Assembly (NCBI RefSeq): GCF_005871205.1 | Contig: NZ_SWKM01000014.1 | Location: 1 to 40,000 of the forward strand | DNA length: 40,000 bases | Origin: Marinobacter alexandrii | GTDB taxonomy: Bacteria > Pseudomonadota > Gammaproteobacteria > Pseudomonadales > Oleiphilaceae | Direction: 5' to 3' | In this document: piece by piece, positions 15,183 through 23,716 of the stretch | Layout of the letters: every line of letters starts with the position of its first letter | Numbering within the stretch: position 1 is the stretch's first letter | Program-made: the position numbers and the translations under genes | Notes under the pieces: model-generated | What the model was told of the DNA's origin: nothing | Database searches by the model: none | What the model saw: only the letters and a program-made list of their open reading frames with translations

Positions 15183-15264
15183 CCTAACAAGGCCAGTCAG
15201 GGCACGGTTACTGCATTGCGGCTTCGCCTCCATTCCGTAACCGCGCATGCTGGCAGGCGTTAAA
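15183..15264 (+). other. attC recombination site (family A)
   Basis: CCTAACAAGGCCAGTCAGGGCACGG...GCGCATGCTGGCAGGCGTTAAA. Confidence 0.8.
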
Positions 15265-15577
15265 TGCCAGTGATAGCCATGTCCAAGGCTCCGACAATCT
15301 GGTCCCTGAAATGTGCGAGGGAACCAACCGGGTTTTTGAGGTGCTTTTCAGAGACAGAGGAAATTTGCGGGGTTAAAAGTAGAAGCTCTTGGTCTGCAAA
15401 GCTGATTTCCGGCGTGAGTCCCTGCATGGCTTCGCCACCAAATGCGGAGCGTTTTCCCAAAGGGATTATGATGCGAGTTGCCAGCTCACTCAGCAGACTG
15501 CTCTGAATATCGACAAGGTAAGGGTAGTGCGCTTTGCTGGTCTTGCTTGGGTTAGGGTAGACATCGAACTGTGCCAT
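15260..15577 (-). CDS. ccdB: CcdB-family toxin
   Basis: MAQFDVYPNPSK...YPYLVDIQS is the CcdB signature. The ATG overlaps the ccdA stop (TGATG). Its own stop overlaps the GTTAA core. Confidence 0.85.
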   Translation of the reverse strand: MAQFDVYPNPSKTSKAHYPYLVDIQSSLLSELATRIIIPLGKRSAFGGEAMQGLTPEISFADQELLLLTPQISSVSEKHLKNPVGSLAHFRDQIVGALDMAITGI

Positions 15578-15822
15578 CAAAACTCCCTAAATTCGTCGCC
15601 GAAGCATCCATGTTGTTCGACAAAGTCGTTGTAACTTTTTATGGCAGCGCGGTTTTCTTCAACCCATAGTTCTGTTTCGCGTTTGGAGAGCTCTTCTTTC
15701 AACGCTCGCTCCAGGGTAGCAGAAAGGTTGATGTTCAGTTCACGGGTCTTACGCAGCAGATCGCTATTGATTGAGAGATTCGCCGCTTTTTTCGGTGCGG
15801 CTGCGTTGTAGAGTTCGGCCAT
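15577..15822 (-). CDS. ccdA: CcdA-family antitoxin
   Basis: KKAANLSINSDLLRKTRELNINLSATLERAL is CcdA-like. GGAGG lies 6 nt before ATG 15822. Confidence 0.8.
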   Translation of the reverse strand: MAELYNAAAPKKAANLSINSDLLRKTRELNINLSATLERALKEELSKRETELWVEENRAAIKSYNDFVEQHGCFGDEFREF

Positions 15823-15888
15823 TTGAGCCTCCAAGTGGCTATTTAATGCATGGTCTAGTCTATGCGCATGGAAGTGCGCATTCAAGCA

Positions 15889-15958
15889 TTTAACCAAAGG
15901 CTGTTGTCGGACGCACCTACGCTGGCGCTCCGTTGCGCCGCAAAGCAAAGGCGTTATG
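15889..15958 (+). other. attC recombination site (unique type)
   Basis: TTTAACCAAAGGCTGTTGTCGGACGC...GCGCCGCAAAGCAAAGGCGTTATG. Confidence 0.75.
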
Positions 15959-15983
15959 TGAATCAACCAAGGGGAGGATCAGC

Positions 15984-16220
15984 ATGAAGAGTATGACTTG
16001 TAAACAGTTAGGCGGAGCTTGTGACCTAGAATTTCGCGCAAACACATTCGATGAAATGGCGGCCCTAAGCCAGAAACACGGAATGGAAATGCACCAGAAG
16101 CAAGACGCCGCTCATCTGGAAGCAATGCAGGCAATGGGGGAGCTCATGAAGACTCCAGATGCAATGAAAAATTGGCAGGACTCAAAGCGCAAAGAGTTCG
16201 ATGAGCTGCCGGAGATCTAG
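15984..16220 (+). CDS. DUF1059-like small protein (78 aa)
   Basis: GGGGAGGA precedes the ATG. The N-terminus MKSMTCKQLGGACDLEF resembles the DUF1059 pattern as I remember it. Confidence 0.6.
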   Translation: MKSMTCKQLGGACDLEFRANTFDEMAALSQKHGMEMHQKQDAAHLEAMQAMGELMKTPDAMKNWQDSKRKEFDELPEI

Positions 16221-16237
16221 TCTGCACCAAAAAATCA

Positions 16238-16337
16238 CATAACAATCACAGGCAGTCGGAAAAGTTGGAACGTCACCCGTTTTGCAAAAAACGCAAAACC
16301 GCCGCCACACCACTTTTCCGCTGCTGTGGGCGTTAAT
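16238..16337 (+). other. attC recombination site (unique, 100 bp)
   Basis: CATAACAATCACAGGCAGTCGGAAAAGTTGG...CCACTTTTCCGCTGCTGTGGGCGTTAAT. The arms are complementary with extrahelical bases. Confidence 0.8.
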
Positions 16338-16480
16338 AGCCAAGGCCTCGGAAGTATTCAGGCAGTAAAGCACGGAGTTGCGTTCAAATGTTCACCACTG
16401 TCGAGCTCGTCTCCCCGCAAAACACTGAAAAATCTGAGAGGTTCGTGTTCTGGTTTCTCGCGCCATGGGCTAGGTTAGGT
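16333..16480 (+). repeat. ORF-less cassette body, copy D (3'-truncated, no attC); last recognisable cassette
   Basis: Aligns with the first ~145 nt of copies A-C, then similarity stops near 16480. Confidence 0.7.
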
Positions 16481-16615
16481 CAATTGTCGCTCTACACATG
16501 GGATTCACATGGACAGCGTAAGCGAGAAAGGAAAGTTCGGTGTTATTCTCATGAATCTGGGCATTAAATGACAGGAGCCATTACTCCTCATCTCGGGTAA
16601 TCTCGACTAATGTGA

Positions 16616-17974
16616 TTGGCACTGCAAAGAGGCATCGGCGAGTTGGACCACTTACACCACCCGAAGAAAACCGATACACGCGGTGTCGCAACTGCCTATT
16701 TTGATGCCCAGAGGCGTTTTCTTGACCTGTTCCTAAGGCGCCATCTGTCCCGCCTGTCCCAGCAGGAGTTACGTCGCAGTCGGGTGATGGTGGCTTTGTT
16801 GATTTTCGGCATCTTGGCAATTTCGGCCATGGCCGTTGTCCGCTTGTCGACAGAAGGGATTGGACCAGTGTCCCTGGTGGTGTGTTTCGGGGTACTTGCC
16901 ATCGTTGCCAGCCTTGTGTTCTTTGTCCGAACAGGAAAGAGCGGGGCGGCTGGGGATCTGCTGATTCTGAGTGGTGTTGCCGTTATCTTCATGACGGCCA
17001 TTAACGACAACGGGCTGCATTCCCGGGTGCTCACCTGGCTGCCTTCGTTGCCGCTGATTGCTAATTTCACCTCAGCCCGACTGACTGCTATGCGAACGAC
17101 CCTGCTCGTGTTGTTTGGGTTGTTGATGCTTTTGGCGGCCCATGAAATGCAGTGGATCGCTAGCAGCTACCCGGACGAATCGTTGGTCGGGCGTCTAACA
17201 GCCGGTTTTGGTTCCATGCTTTTTGTCTCGGCCATTGCCTATGCGTACGAGGATTCCCGGCGCCAGGCCGATAAGGAAAGGGACGCCTTGAGTCGTACCC
17301 GGAGTGATTGGGTGAGCATGGTCAGTCATGAGTTGAGAACGCCCCTTACTTCCCTTTACGGCGGCCTCAAACTGCTGGCCAATGGCAAACTGGACGAGCA
17401 GCCGGAAACGCAGCAAACATTGCTGACGATGTCGACCCGCAATACCGAACGACTAATTGGTCTGGTTAATGATGTTCTGGATGTTGAGCGATTGTCCGAA
17501 AGCCGCTTTGAGCTGAATCTGAAAACCATTGATCTGGCGGGCGTCATCGACGAAGCCGTGAAAATTCAGCAATACCTGGCAGACGAAGGGGGCATTGTAC
17601 TGCGCACCCGGCTCGAGCCCGTGTCGTCGGTAATGGCCGATCCTGATCGTCTGTTACAGGTGGTACAAAACCTCTTGTCCAATGCCATCAAGTTTTCTCA
17701 TGCCGGTGGTGAGGTAGTGGTCCATCTGGCACCGTCAGAGGCAGGGATCATGTGCAACGTCCAGGATGAAGGGGAGGGTGTGTCAGAGGCGTTCAGCAAC
17801 CATCTGTTTGAGCGTTTTGCCCAGGAAACGTCCGACACACGTCGACGCTCCGGAGGCTCCGGGCTCGGTCTGTACATCAGCAAGGGGATAATTGAGTTGC
17901 ACGGTGGACAAATTGGTTATCGGTCCAGAGAGACGGGCGGTAGCGAGTTTTTCTTCACCCTACCGGACCGCTAA
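16616..17974 (+). CDS. membrane sensor histidine kinase (orphan; start uncertain)
   Basis: H-box SHELRTPLTS and G2 box GGSGLGLYISKGIIELHGG. Several N-terminal TM helices. TTG start as tracked. Confidence 0.85.
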   Translation: MALQRGIGELDHLHHPKKTDTRGVATAYFDAQRRFLDLFLRRHLSRLSQQELRRSRVMVALLIFGILAISAMAVVRLSTEGIGPVSLVVCFGVLAIVASLVFFVRTGKSGAAGDLLILSGVAVIFMTAINDNGLHSRVLTWLPSLPLIANFTSARLTAMRTTLLVLFGLLMLLAAHEMQWIASSYPDESLVGRLTAGFGSMLFVSAIAYAYEDSRRQADKERDALSRTRSDWVSMVSHELRTPLTSLYGGLKLLANGKLDEQPETQQTLLTMSTRNTERLIGLVNDVLDVERLSESRFELNLKTIDLAGVIDEAVKIQQYLADEGGIVLRTRLEPVSSVMADPDRLLQVVQNLLSNAIKFSHAGGEVVVHLAPSEAGIMCNVQDEGEGVSEAFSNHLFERFAQETSDTRRRSGGSGLGLYISKGIIELHGGQIGYRSRETGGSEFFFTLPDR

Positions 17975-18044
17975 GAACCAGGCCATGAACCGGATCCTTC
18001 TATCAGGGCAGGTTCCGCATAATCTGCATCACCTCAGGTGTGGC

Positions 18045-18977
18045 TCAGATGAACGTCCAGGCCAATATCCGCGTGATCTTATTTCCCTGCTTCATCTCTA
18101 TTTCCCGCACATCAACTGCACCGAGCTTTCGAATCAATTTCTCCGCAGGCTTAACATTGTCGGTTTTTGAAACCAGGCTGGTGAACCAGCGGCATTGAGT
18201 TGAATACCGCTCGCTTTCTCTTATTAGCTTTTTAAGAAATAGCTGTTCGCCCCCTTTACACCAAAGCTCTGCTCCCAATCCGCCAAAGTTCAGGGTAGGA
18301 GATTTGGTTTTTGCGTTTTGTTCACCGCGACTACGAGCAAGGTTATTGAGCTTAAGCTGGCTACCTTTAAGTGCTTCATTGAGCGAAGCATGAAACGGTG
18401 GGTTGCACACGCTGACGTCAAAGAACTCCCCAGCCTGAATGATCCCTTCAAAAATGTGGTTTTTATCGTGCTGCGTGCGCAGGGTGAAGCGGTCTTTGAG
18501 TGCGGGGTTGTTGGCGATAATCGTGACTACGTTCTCAAGCGACTCAGAGTTAATGTCACTCCCCACGCACTGCCAGCCATAAATTTGGCAGGCCAGTAGC
18601 GGGTAGATTCCATTGGCTCCCGTTCCTATATCGAGCAGCTTGATGCCGGACTGTTCAGGCCCAAGCAAGTCAGCCATGTGATGGATATAATCCGCTCTGC
18701 CTGGGATTGGGGGGCAGAGCGCGCCCTCTGGAATATCCCAATCGACAATGTTGTAGTATTGGTTTAACAACGCGGCGTTGAGAGTTTTTACCGCCAACGG
18801 GTCTGCGAAATCGATGGAAAGGTCGCCATGAGCGTTCGGTTTCACATGAGGGGCTAGTGCTGGGTGGCTTTTTACGAGGCCTTGGAAGTCATAGCCCTGG
18901 TTGTGTAGATTCCTCGGGTGCAGACCTTTGTTAGCCGGCCTGGCTTGGCGTTTTTCACTTCGATGCAGGTTGCTCAC
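18045..18977 (-). CDS. rlmF: 23S rRNA (adenine1618-N6)-methyltransferase
   Basis: GLHPRN...DFADPLAVKTLNAALL...WDIPEGALCPPIPGRADYIHHMADLL closely parallels E. coli RlmF/YbiN. Confidence 0.85.
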   Translation of the reverse strand: MSNLHRSEKRQARPANKGLHPRNLHNQGYDFQGLVKSHPALAPHVKPNAHGDLSIDFADPLAVKTLNAALLNQYYNIVDWDIPEGALCPPIPGRADYIHHMADLLGPEQSGIKLLDIGTGANGIYPLLACQIYGWQCVGSDINSESLENVVTIIANNPALKDRFTLRTQHDKNHIFEGIIQAGEFFDVSVCNPPFHASLNEALKGSQLKLNNLARSRGEQNAKTKSPTLNFGGLGAELWCKGGEQLFLKKLIRESERYSTQCRWFTSLVSKTDNVKPAEKLIRKLGAVDVREIEMKQGNKITRILAWTFI

Positions 18978-19128
18978 AGTAATAGGCCCGAGGCTTGGAG
19001 TTCAGTAGTAGAGTAGGTCTGGCTTGGTCCGTGATTATATTCTCAATGCAGGTGTTGGGCATACCCGGCAATTTGAGGGTCGTGAGAGCCCTCTGACTGT
19101 ACATTCATTTCCCCAAAAGGCGACAGCA

Positions 19129-19479
19129 ATGACTATTGAGCGCATTTCCACAAATAGCCGCATGAGCAAGATCGTAAAACACAATGGCACCGCTTACCTT
19201 TGCGGCCAGGTGGCCAAGGACAGAAACGGTGACATTCATACCCAGGTAACCGGGATGCTGGAGAAAGTGGACGAGCTGCTGGAGAGTATCGGTTCCGGCC
19301 GGAACAAAATTCTGTCGGCAACCATCTACCTTGCGGATATGGCTGACTTCAAAGCCTTAAACGAGGTGTGGGATAACTGGATACCTGAAGGCGAGGCTCC
19401 AGCCAGGGCCTGTGTGCAGGCGCAGATGGCGTCTCCGGAGCTGAAGGTCGAAATTTCGGTAGTGGCTGCCACTTCCTGA
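19129..19479 (+). CDS. RidA/YjgF-family protein (YoaB-like)
   Basis: [24 protein letters not shown]...ARACVQA...KVEISVVAA resembles E. coli YoaB. ATG 19129 lies 8 nt after AAAAGG. Confidence 0.8.
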   Translation: MTIERISTNSRMSKIVKHNGTAYLCGQVAKDRNGDIHTQVTGMLEKVDELLESIGSGRNKILSATIYLADMADFKALNEVWDNWIPEGEAPARACVQAQMASPELKVEISVVAATS

Positions 19480-19554
19480 TCGAGAAGCGTCGCCCAATTA
19501 ATCACCTCAGTCAATTCAGCCAGGAGGCGCGCCATTACTGTCGCACTGCATCGT

Positions 19555-20208
19555 TTGTACTCTTTCCGCCGTTGCCCGTACGCCATGCGCGCTCGTTTCG
19601 GTATCTTGTTTGCCGAGCTGAAGGTGGAGCTGCGGGAGATAGTGCTGAAAAACAAACCGGCGCAGATGCTGGCTATCAGTCCTAAAGGCACGGTTCCTGT
19701 TCTGGAGCTGGCCGAGGGTGGTTACTCTGGGAGCCTCGTTATTGAGGAAAGCAGGGAAATACTGGAGTGGGCGCTGCAGCAGAGCGATCCGCAAGGTTTG
19801 CTAAACGTCGATTTCGTAAGCGCTAACGCCCTGATCGACCGTAACGATAACGAATTCAAACACTGGCTGGATCGCTATAAATACGCTGACCGTCATCCAG
19901 AACTAACCCAGCTCGATTACCGGCAAAAGGGCGAGGTGTTTTTGCAGGAGTTGGAAAGCTTATTGGCTAAGAATAGGTATCTCCTGGGGGAAAACATCAG
20001 CATCGCTGATGTTGGCATCATGCCGTTTGTACGCCAGTTCGCCCATGTCGATCGGGAGGTGTTTTACAGCCTGCCTTATCCGAATCTACAGCAATGGCTG
20101 CGGGGTTGGCTGGAACACCCAGTATTCCAGCAGGTTATGGTCAAATATCAGCCCTGGCACGAAGGTGATGACCTGGTGGTGTTTCCAGGCGACAGCCGCC
20201 AAATCTGA
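19555..20208 (+). CDS. glutathione S-transferase-like protein
   Basis: N-terminal LYSFRRCPYAMRAR...SPKGTVPVLE is a thioredoxin-fold GST motif. TTG is the first possible start in frame. Confidence 0.75.
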   Translation: MYSFRRCPYAMRARFGILFAELKVELREIVLKNKPAQMLAISPKGTVPVLELAEGGYSGSLVIEESREILEWALQQSDPQGLLNVDFVSANALIDRNDNEFKHWLDRYKYADRHPELTQLDYRQKGEVFLQELESLLAKNRYLLGENISIADVGIMPFVRQFAHVDREVFYSLPYPNLQQWLRGWLEHPVFQQVMVKYQPWHEGDDLVVFPGDSRQI

Positions 20209-20253
20209 ACACCTGTGCCCGCCGGCATCGATTTTTACTGGAGAAAACGCAAC

Positions 20254-21177
20254 ATGAACACGACGCCCACGCCCTATCCAATCGGCACGCCTGGCACTCC
20301 CTGGGGTGACGCTGAACGTGCCGAGTGGTTGTCTCGACAGACTCGGCAACGCAGCTACGAGTCCGAGGTGTTGAGTGTGATCGAGCGCCTGCGCCCGCGC
20401 TTCGACGTGGAAGAGTATGGCCATCTGGACTACGGCTCCGATGACTATCCGTTGATGGCGATCCGGAGCCGCGACTGGCGTGACGAGTTGCCGGTGGTGC
20501 TGATAACCGGGGGCGTACACGGCTACGAAACCAGCGGTGTGCACGGCGGGCTGCAGTTTCTCGATCAGCATGCAGAAGCATACGCGGGCCGCGTTAACCT
20601 GCTGGTTGCACCCTGTGTCAGCCCCTGGGCTTACGAGCGCATCCACCGCTGGAACCCGAACGCAGTGGACCCGAACCGTTCGTTCCGCGAAGACAGTCCG
20701 GCTGAAGAGTCGGCTGCACTCATGCGACTGGTGGCGCCTGTGGGTGATGGTGCGCTGTTGCATATCGACCTGCACGAGACCACGGACACCGACGAATCTG
20801 AGTTTCGCCCCGCGCTCGCCGCCCGGGATGGCAAGCCGTTTGAGCCGGGCGGGATTCCCGACGGTTTTTATCTGGTCGCTGACAGCGAGAACCCGCAACC
20901 TGAATTCCAGCAGGCGATAATCGAAGCGGTCGAGCCAATCACTCATATCGCTCCGGCTGATGACAGTGGCGAGATTTTCGGCTCAACGGTAGTCGCTCGG
21001 GGTGTGATTCAGTATCCGCTCAGTCAATTGGGCCTGTGCGCCAGTGTCACCAGGGCGCCCTACAAAACCACCACTGAGGTCTATCCGGACAGCTCCCGTT
21101 CAACTCCCGAGCAATGCAATGCCGCACAGGCTGCGGCGGTGTGCGCCGCGATTGATTATGCGTTGGCGAACCGGTAG
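20254..21177 (+). CDS. M14-type zinc carboxypeptidase / AstE-AspA superfamily protein
   Basis: HxxE zinc motif GGVHGYETSG and the downstream HIDLHETTD. ATG 20254 lies 10 nt after GGAG. Confidence 0.7.
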   Translation: MNTTPTPYPIGTPGTPWGDAERAEWLSRQTRQRSYESEVLSVIERLRPRFDVEEYGHLDYGSDDYPLMAIRSRDWRDELPVVLITGGVHGYETSGVHGGLQFLDQHAEAYAGRVNLLVAPCVSPWAYERIHRWNPNAVDPNRSFREDSPAEESAALMRLVAPVGDGALLHIDLHETTDTDESEFRPALAARDGKPFEPGGIPDGFYLVADSENPQPEFQQAIIEAVEPITHIAPADDSGEIFGSTVVARGVIQYPLSQLGLCASVTRAPYKTTTEVYPDSSRSTPEQCNAAQAAAVCAAIDYALANR

Positions 21178-21192
21178 AAAGGGGCTTTTCCA

Positions 21193-21525
21193 TTGCTTGA
21201 ACTAAAAACAATCGGTCTGTTTCTGGTCACCGCACTGGCAGAGATCGTAGGTTGTTATTTACCTTACCTCTGGCTTCGTGAGGGCAAAAGCATCTGGCTG
21301 CTGGTGCCGGGCGCGCTGAGTCTGGCAGCATTCGCGTGGTTACTGTCGCTTCACCCCACGGCAGCTGGCAGGGTCTATGCTGCTTATGGTGGTGTGTATG
21401 TTTTCATGGCAATCGTGTGGCTTTGGGCCGTCGATGGTATTCGGCCAACCCTTTGGGATTTGGTTGGCTCGGGCGTTGCGCTGTTGGGTATGGCTATCAT
21501 CATGTTTGCGCCGCGCACCACATAA
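21193..21525 (+). CDS. ynfA: YnfA family (UPF0060) inner membrane protein
   Basis: [25 protein letters not shown]...[12 protein letters not shown] parallels E. coli YnfA. The TAA stop sits in a CATAAC box. Confidence 0.8.
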   Translation: MLELKTIGLFLVTALAEIVGCYLPYLWLREGKSIWLLVPGALSLAAFAWLLSLHPTAAGRVYAAYGGVYVFMAIVWLWAVDGIRPTLWDLVGSGVALLGMAIIMFAPRTT

Positions 21526-21601
21526 CTAGCTGTTGTAGTTTGTCTCGGACCTTGCCCCGCGGGGTGAGTGCCGGTTCCTAATCGGGCAGGGCTACGTTAT
21601 G
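21520..21601 (+). other. attC site outside the main array
   Basis: CATAACTAGCTGTTGTAGTTTGTCTCGGACC..CCCCGCGGGG..GGGCAGGGCTACGTTATG. The left arm resembles family B (TTGTTGTAGTTCGTTCCGGCC). It is 82 bp. Confidence 0.6.
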
Positions 21602-21632
21602 TTCTCATCTTCACTCAGTATTTAATGTAAGC

Positions 21633-22151
21633 ATGACAAAAGACACGTGCCATAGAGTTTTAGAGCTTTTCAGTAAGCACAGAAAATCGCCTGGTGCCGA
21701 GTTTGATGACTCGCATTTCTTCGATTACTTGCTGGATAAACCAAAAGGAAAGGGCGCCTTCCGAAACAGTTTTTCGGGCCTGCGCCGCTTCAACGCATTT
21801 TGGGATGAGGTGCAGCTAGAGTTCGGCGTTTGCTTTTCGATAAATGATAGAGAAACTGACTTCTCTCTTGAGAAGTATTGTGATCGGATTGAACAACTGT
21901 GCGGGTCAATCCGGTCATCGAAAGCTTCACTCCGGAACCGTGCTAAATGTGGTTTTGAGTGGAACGCTTTCGTCTTTGGCAATCTACTTTTAGTGGTTCT
22001 CGCTTTTGCTCTGAAGGACTTTTGGGGTCTTTCCGTGCTCCTCTTGCTTGGCGTCGTCGCTCTGAATTACACGCTAGTGCTGGGGCATGTAAAGGAAAGA
22101 AAATATCTAAGGGAGCTGGAAACCAGGATTGTTAGCCCAGGCAACACTTAA
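21633..22151 (+). CDS. hypothetical protein with C-terminal TM helices (172 aa)
   Basis: Only long ORF here. The TAA stop sits in a CTTAAC box. Confidence 0.55.
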   Translation: MTKDTCHRVLELFSKHRKSPGAEFDDSHFFDYLLDKPKGKGAFRNSFSGLRRFNAFWDEVQLEFGVCFSINDRETDFSLEKYCDRIEQLCGSIRSSKASLRNRAKCGFEWNAFVFGNLLLVVLAFALKDFWGLSVLLLLGVVALNYTLVLGHVKERKYLRELETRIVSPGNT

Positions 22152-22201
22152 CTAGTGCAGCTGTTCGCATCCTGCGGCCGCAGCCAAACAAAGGCATTGG
22201 G
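22146..22201 (+). other. degenerate attC-like element
   Basis: ACTTAACTAGTGCAGCTGTT..CTGCGGCCGCAG..CCAAACAAAGGCATTGGG. The tail resembles the family B end (CTAAACAAAAGCGTTATA) but the core reads ATT instead of GTT. Confidence 0.35.
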
Positions 22202-22208
22202 AGGAAGA

Positions 22209-22304
22209 ATGATATCTAGAATACTTATCACTCTGGCTGTCGCGGCATTTTTCTTGGGAGGTCGGCAACCTGCTGCGCAGTCCAGCAGAGAATTTGCCTC
22301 CTAA
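22209..22304 (+). CDS. possible 31-aa hydrophobic peptide
   Basis: GGGAGGAAGA precedes the ATG. Sequence MISRILITLAVAAFFLGGRQPAAQSSREFAS. Ends 3 nt before the next gene. No other support. Confidence 0.2.
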   Translation: MISRILITLAVAAFFLGGRQPAAQSSREFAS

Positions 22305-22307
22305 CTC

Positions 22308-22769
22308 ATGAAAGCACTTGAGCTCAAAGTTCCACCAGCTGTACTCGTCGCCATTGCAGCTGGCGGTATGTGGGCAGCTTCTGGTATCTCGCCTAATCTG
22401 CATTTTGCGATTCCTGGTATAGCGTTGTGGTCAGCCGGCATTGCAGTGGTCGGTGTTTGCATTGCCATTCTCGGTGTTTTGCAGTTCAGAGTAGCCGGAA
22501 CAACGGTAGACCCTCGGGTGCCGGGCCAATCCACGAATCTGGTGGTGAATGGAGTCTACCGGTATAGCCGAAACCCGATGTATTTGGGGTTTTTCCTGGC
22601 CTTGTGTGCTTGGGGCCTGTACTTGGGGAGTGTAATTTCTCTACTAATCCTTCCCGTGTTCATTGTTTATATGACCCGGTTTCAGATCGTCCCTGAGGAG
22701 CGATTTATGCACGATCAGTTTGGGGAGTTGTACGACAAGTACAGGTCTCAGGTGCGCCGGTGGCTATAA
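22308..22769 (+). CDS. isoprenylcysteine carboxyl methyltransferase (ICMT)-family membrane protein
   Basis: GVYRYSRNPMYLGFFLALCAWGL is the typical ICMT/PEMT-like motif. Confidence 0.75.
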   Translation: MKALELKVPPAVLVAIAAGGMWAASGISPNLHFAIPGIALWSAGIAVVGVCIAILGVLQFRVAGTTVDPRVPGQSTNLVVNGVYRYSRNPMYLGFFLALCAWGLYLGSVISLLILPVFIVYMTRFQIVPEERFMHDQFGELYDKYRSQVRRWL

Positions 22770-22803
22770 AGAGGTTGTTCGGAACTGCTTGAAATTAGTT
22801 AGG
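22764..22803 (+). other. degenerate short attC-like element
   Basis: CTATAAAGAGGTTGTTCGGAACTGCTTGAAATTAGTTAGG. GAGGTTGTTCGG resembles the family B left arm. It ends in GTTAGG. Confidence 0.3.
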
Positions 22804-22831
22804 CCAAGATTAGAGAGGCCAAGATTAGAGA
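22802..22831 (+). repeat. perfect tandem duplication, 2 x 15 bp
   Basis: GGCCAAGATTAGAGA occurs at 22802-22816 and 22817-22831, just upstream of the 22844 start. Confidence 0.9.
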
Positions 22832-22843
22832 GGGGATAAATCC

Positions 22844-23212
22844 ATGGACGTAGAATTTCAGCCCGGTCGTAACATTGCGATGAAAATCCCACCCCACGAG
22901 CATCAGAACATGGTGCGCTTTTACAGAGATATTCTGCGCTTCAAAGAGATGCCTGCCACTGGCGATGATGACACTCCAAGGTTCGAATTCGGGGACAAGG
23001 TGCTATGGCTCGATAAGGTGCCTGGTTTGAGCCAGGCTGAGATTTGGCTGGAAGTCATTGCCAACGACATTGGCGAGGCGGCCAAGTATCTCATGCAACA
23101 GGGTTGCCATCGCCGAGATGAAATTGAGCCACTCCCGGATGACTTGAAAGCCTTTTGGATATCAAGCCCGTCCAACATCATTCACCTGGTAGCGTCTGGC
23201 GATGACACCTGA
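22844..23212 (+). CDS. VOC/glyoxalase-like small protein (122 aa)
   Basis: The size and the beta-alpha-beta-like pattern (VRFYRDILRF...) fit weakly. Confidence 0.5.
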   Translation: MDVEFQPGRNIAMKIPPHEHQNMVRFYRDILRFKEMPATGDDDTPRFEFGDKVLWLDKVPGLSQAEIWLEVIANDIGEAAKYLMQQGCHRRDEIEPLPDDLKAFWISSPSNIIHLVASGDDT

Positions 23213-23229
23213 CTACTGGTGCTGAGTAC

Positions 23230-23568
23230 ATGAAGGCGACAAGCGAATTTGTTAAGAACCTCAACGATGTTTTTACACTGTTCGGTGCTATCGAAGCCAA
23301 ACGTATGTTCGGCGGGTATGGCATCTATCACGACGGCCTGATGTTTGCGCTTGTCGCCGATGATGTTCTTTATTTGAAAGCGGACGACAGTACGTCCGGT
23401 GCATTTGTCGAACTCGGGCTTCAGCAGTTCGAGTATGAGAAAAACGGTAAGCTTATGCGGATGTCTTACTACGCCGCGCCGGAGGAGATTTTTGATGATC
23501 TGGAACAAGCGCGGGAATGGGCTGCTCAAGCATATGGCGCAGCGTTGAGGGCAAGGAAGCCGAATTAG
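23230..23568 (+). CDS. TfoX N-terminal domain protein
   Basis: KRMFGGYGIYHDGLMFALVADDVLYLKADD is the TfoX_N signature. Confidence 0.7.
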   Translation: MKATSEFVKNLNDVFTLFGAIEAKRMFGGYGIYHDGLMFALVADDVLYLKADDSTSGAFVELGLQQFEYEKNGKLMRMSYYAAPEEIFDDLEQAREWAAQAYGAALRARKPN

Positions 23569-23576
23569 AAGTCCTG

Positions 23577-23689
23577 CAATTAAGTCGTCAGGTTGTTCCG
23601 TGTTTTCAGTCTGCGAGTGCACAATTACTCTGGAATGAGTGTGGTGCACTTAAAGTCTGAGCTCGGGTGCTGCAATATTGGATGTTACT
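23577..23689 (+). other. decayed attC-like element preceding the DUF2834 copy
   Basis: CAATTAAGTCGTCAGGTTGTTCCG (family B-like left arm), then the long imperfect hairpin AGTGCAC..TACTC/GAGTG..GTGCACT (23616-23650), ending in GATGTTACT. Confidence 0.4.
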
Positions 23690-23716
23690 TTTCTAAGACG
23701 TCAATCAAGGAAGATC

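Larger units (their letters stand above)
1..16480 (+). mobile_element. Distal part of a chromosomal integron gene-cassette array (about 23 cassettes; intI/attI not in window, expected upstream of position 1)
   Basis: Short, mostly same-strand ORFs, each followed by a 36-105 bp imperfect palindrome starting xTAAC(A/C)AG and ending GCGTTRRRY. At least 10 ORF stop codons fall in the TAAC box. Confidence 0.9.

Noticed and set aside
46-16337. Regularly recurring ~80-bp repeats could be mistaken for a CRISPR array
   Set aside because: The repeats are imperfect palindromes of variable length (36-105 bp) with RYYYAAC...GTTRRRY ends. They fall into several families. They are separated by 200-1100 bp segments that contain ORFs. 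No cas genes are present.
17975-18044. AAGAACCAGGCCATGAACCGGATCC... after the histidine kinase resembles an attC left arm
   Set aside because: There is no TAAC box, no GTT core and no complementary right arm. It sits between convergent housekeeping genes and is more simply a weak terminator region.
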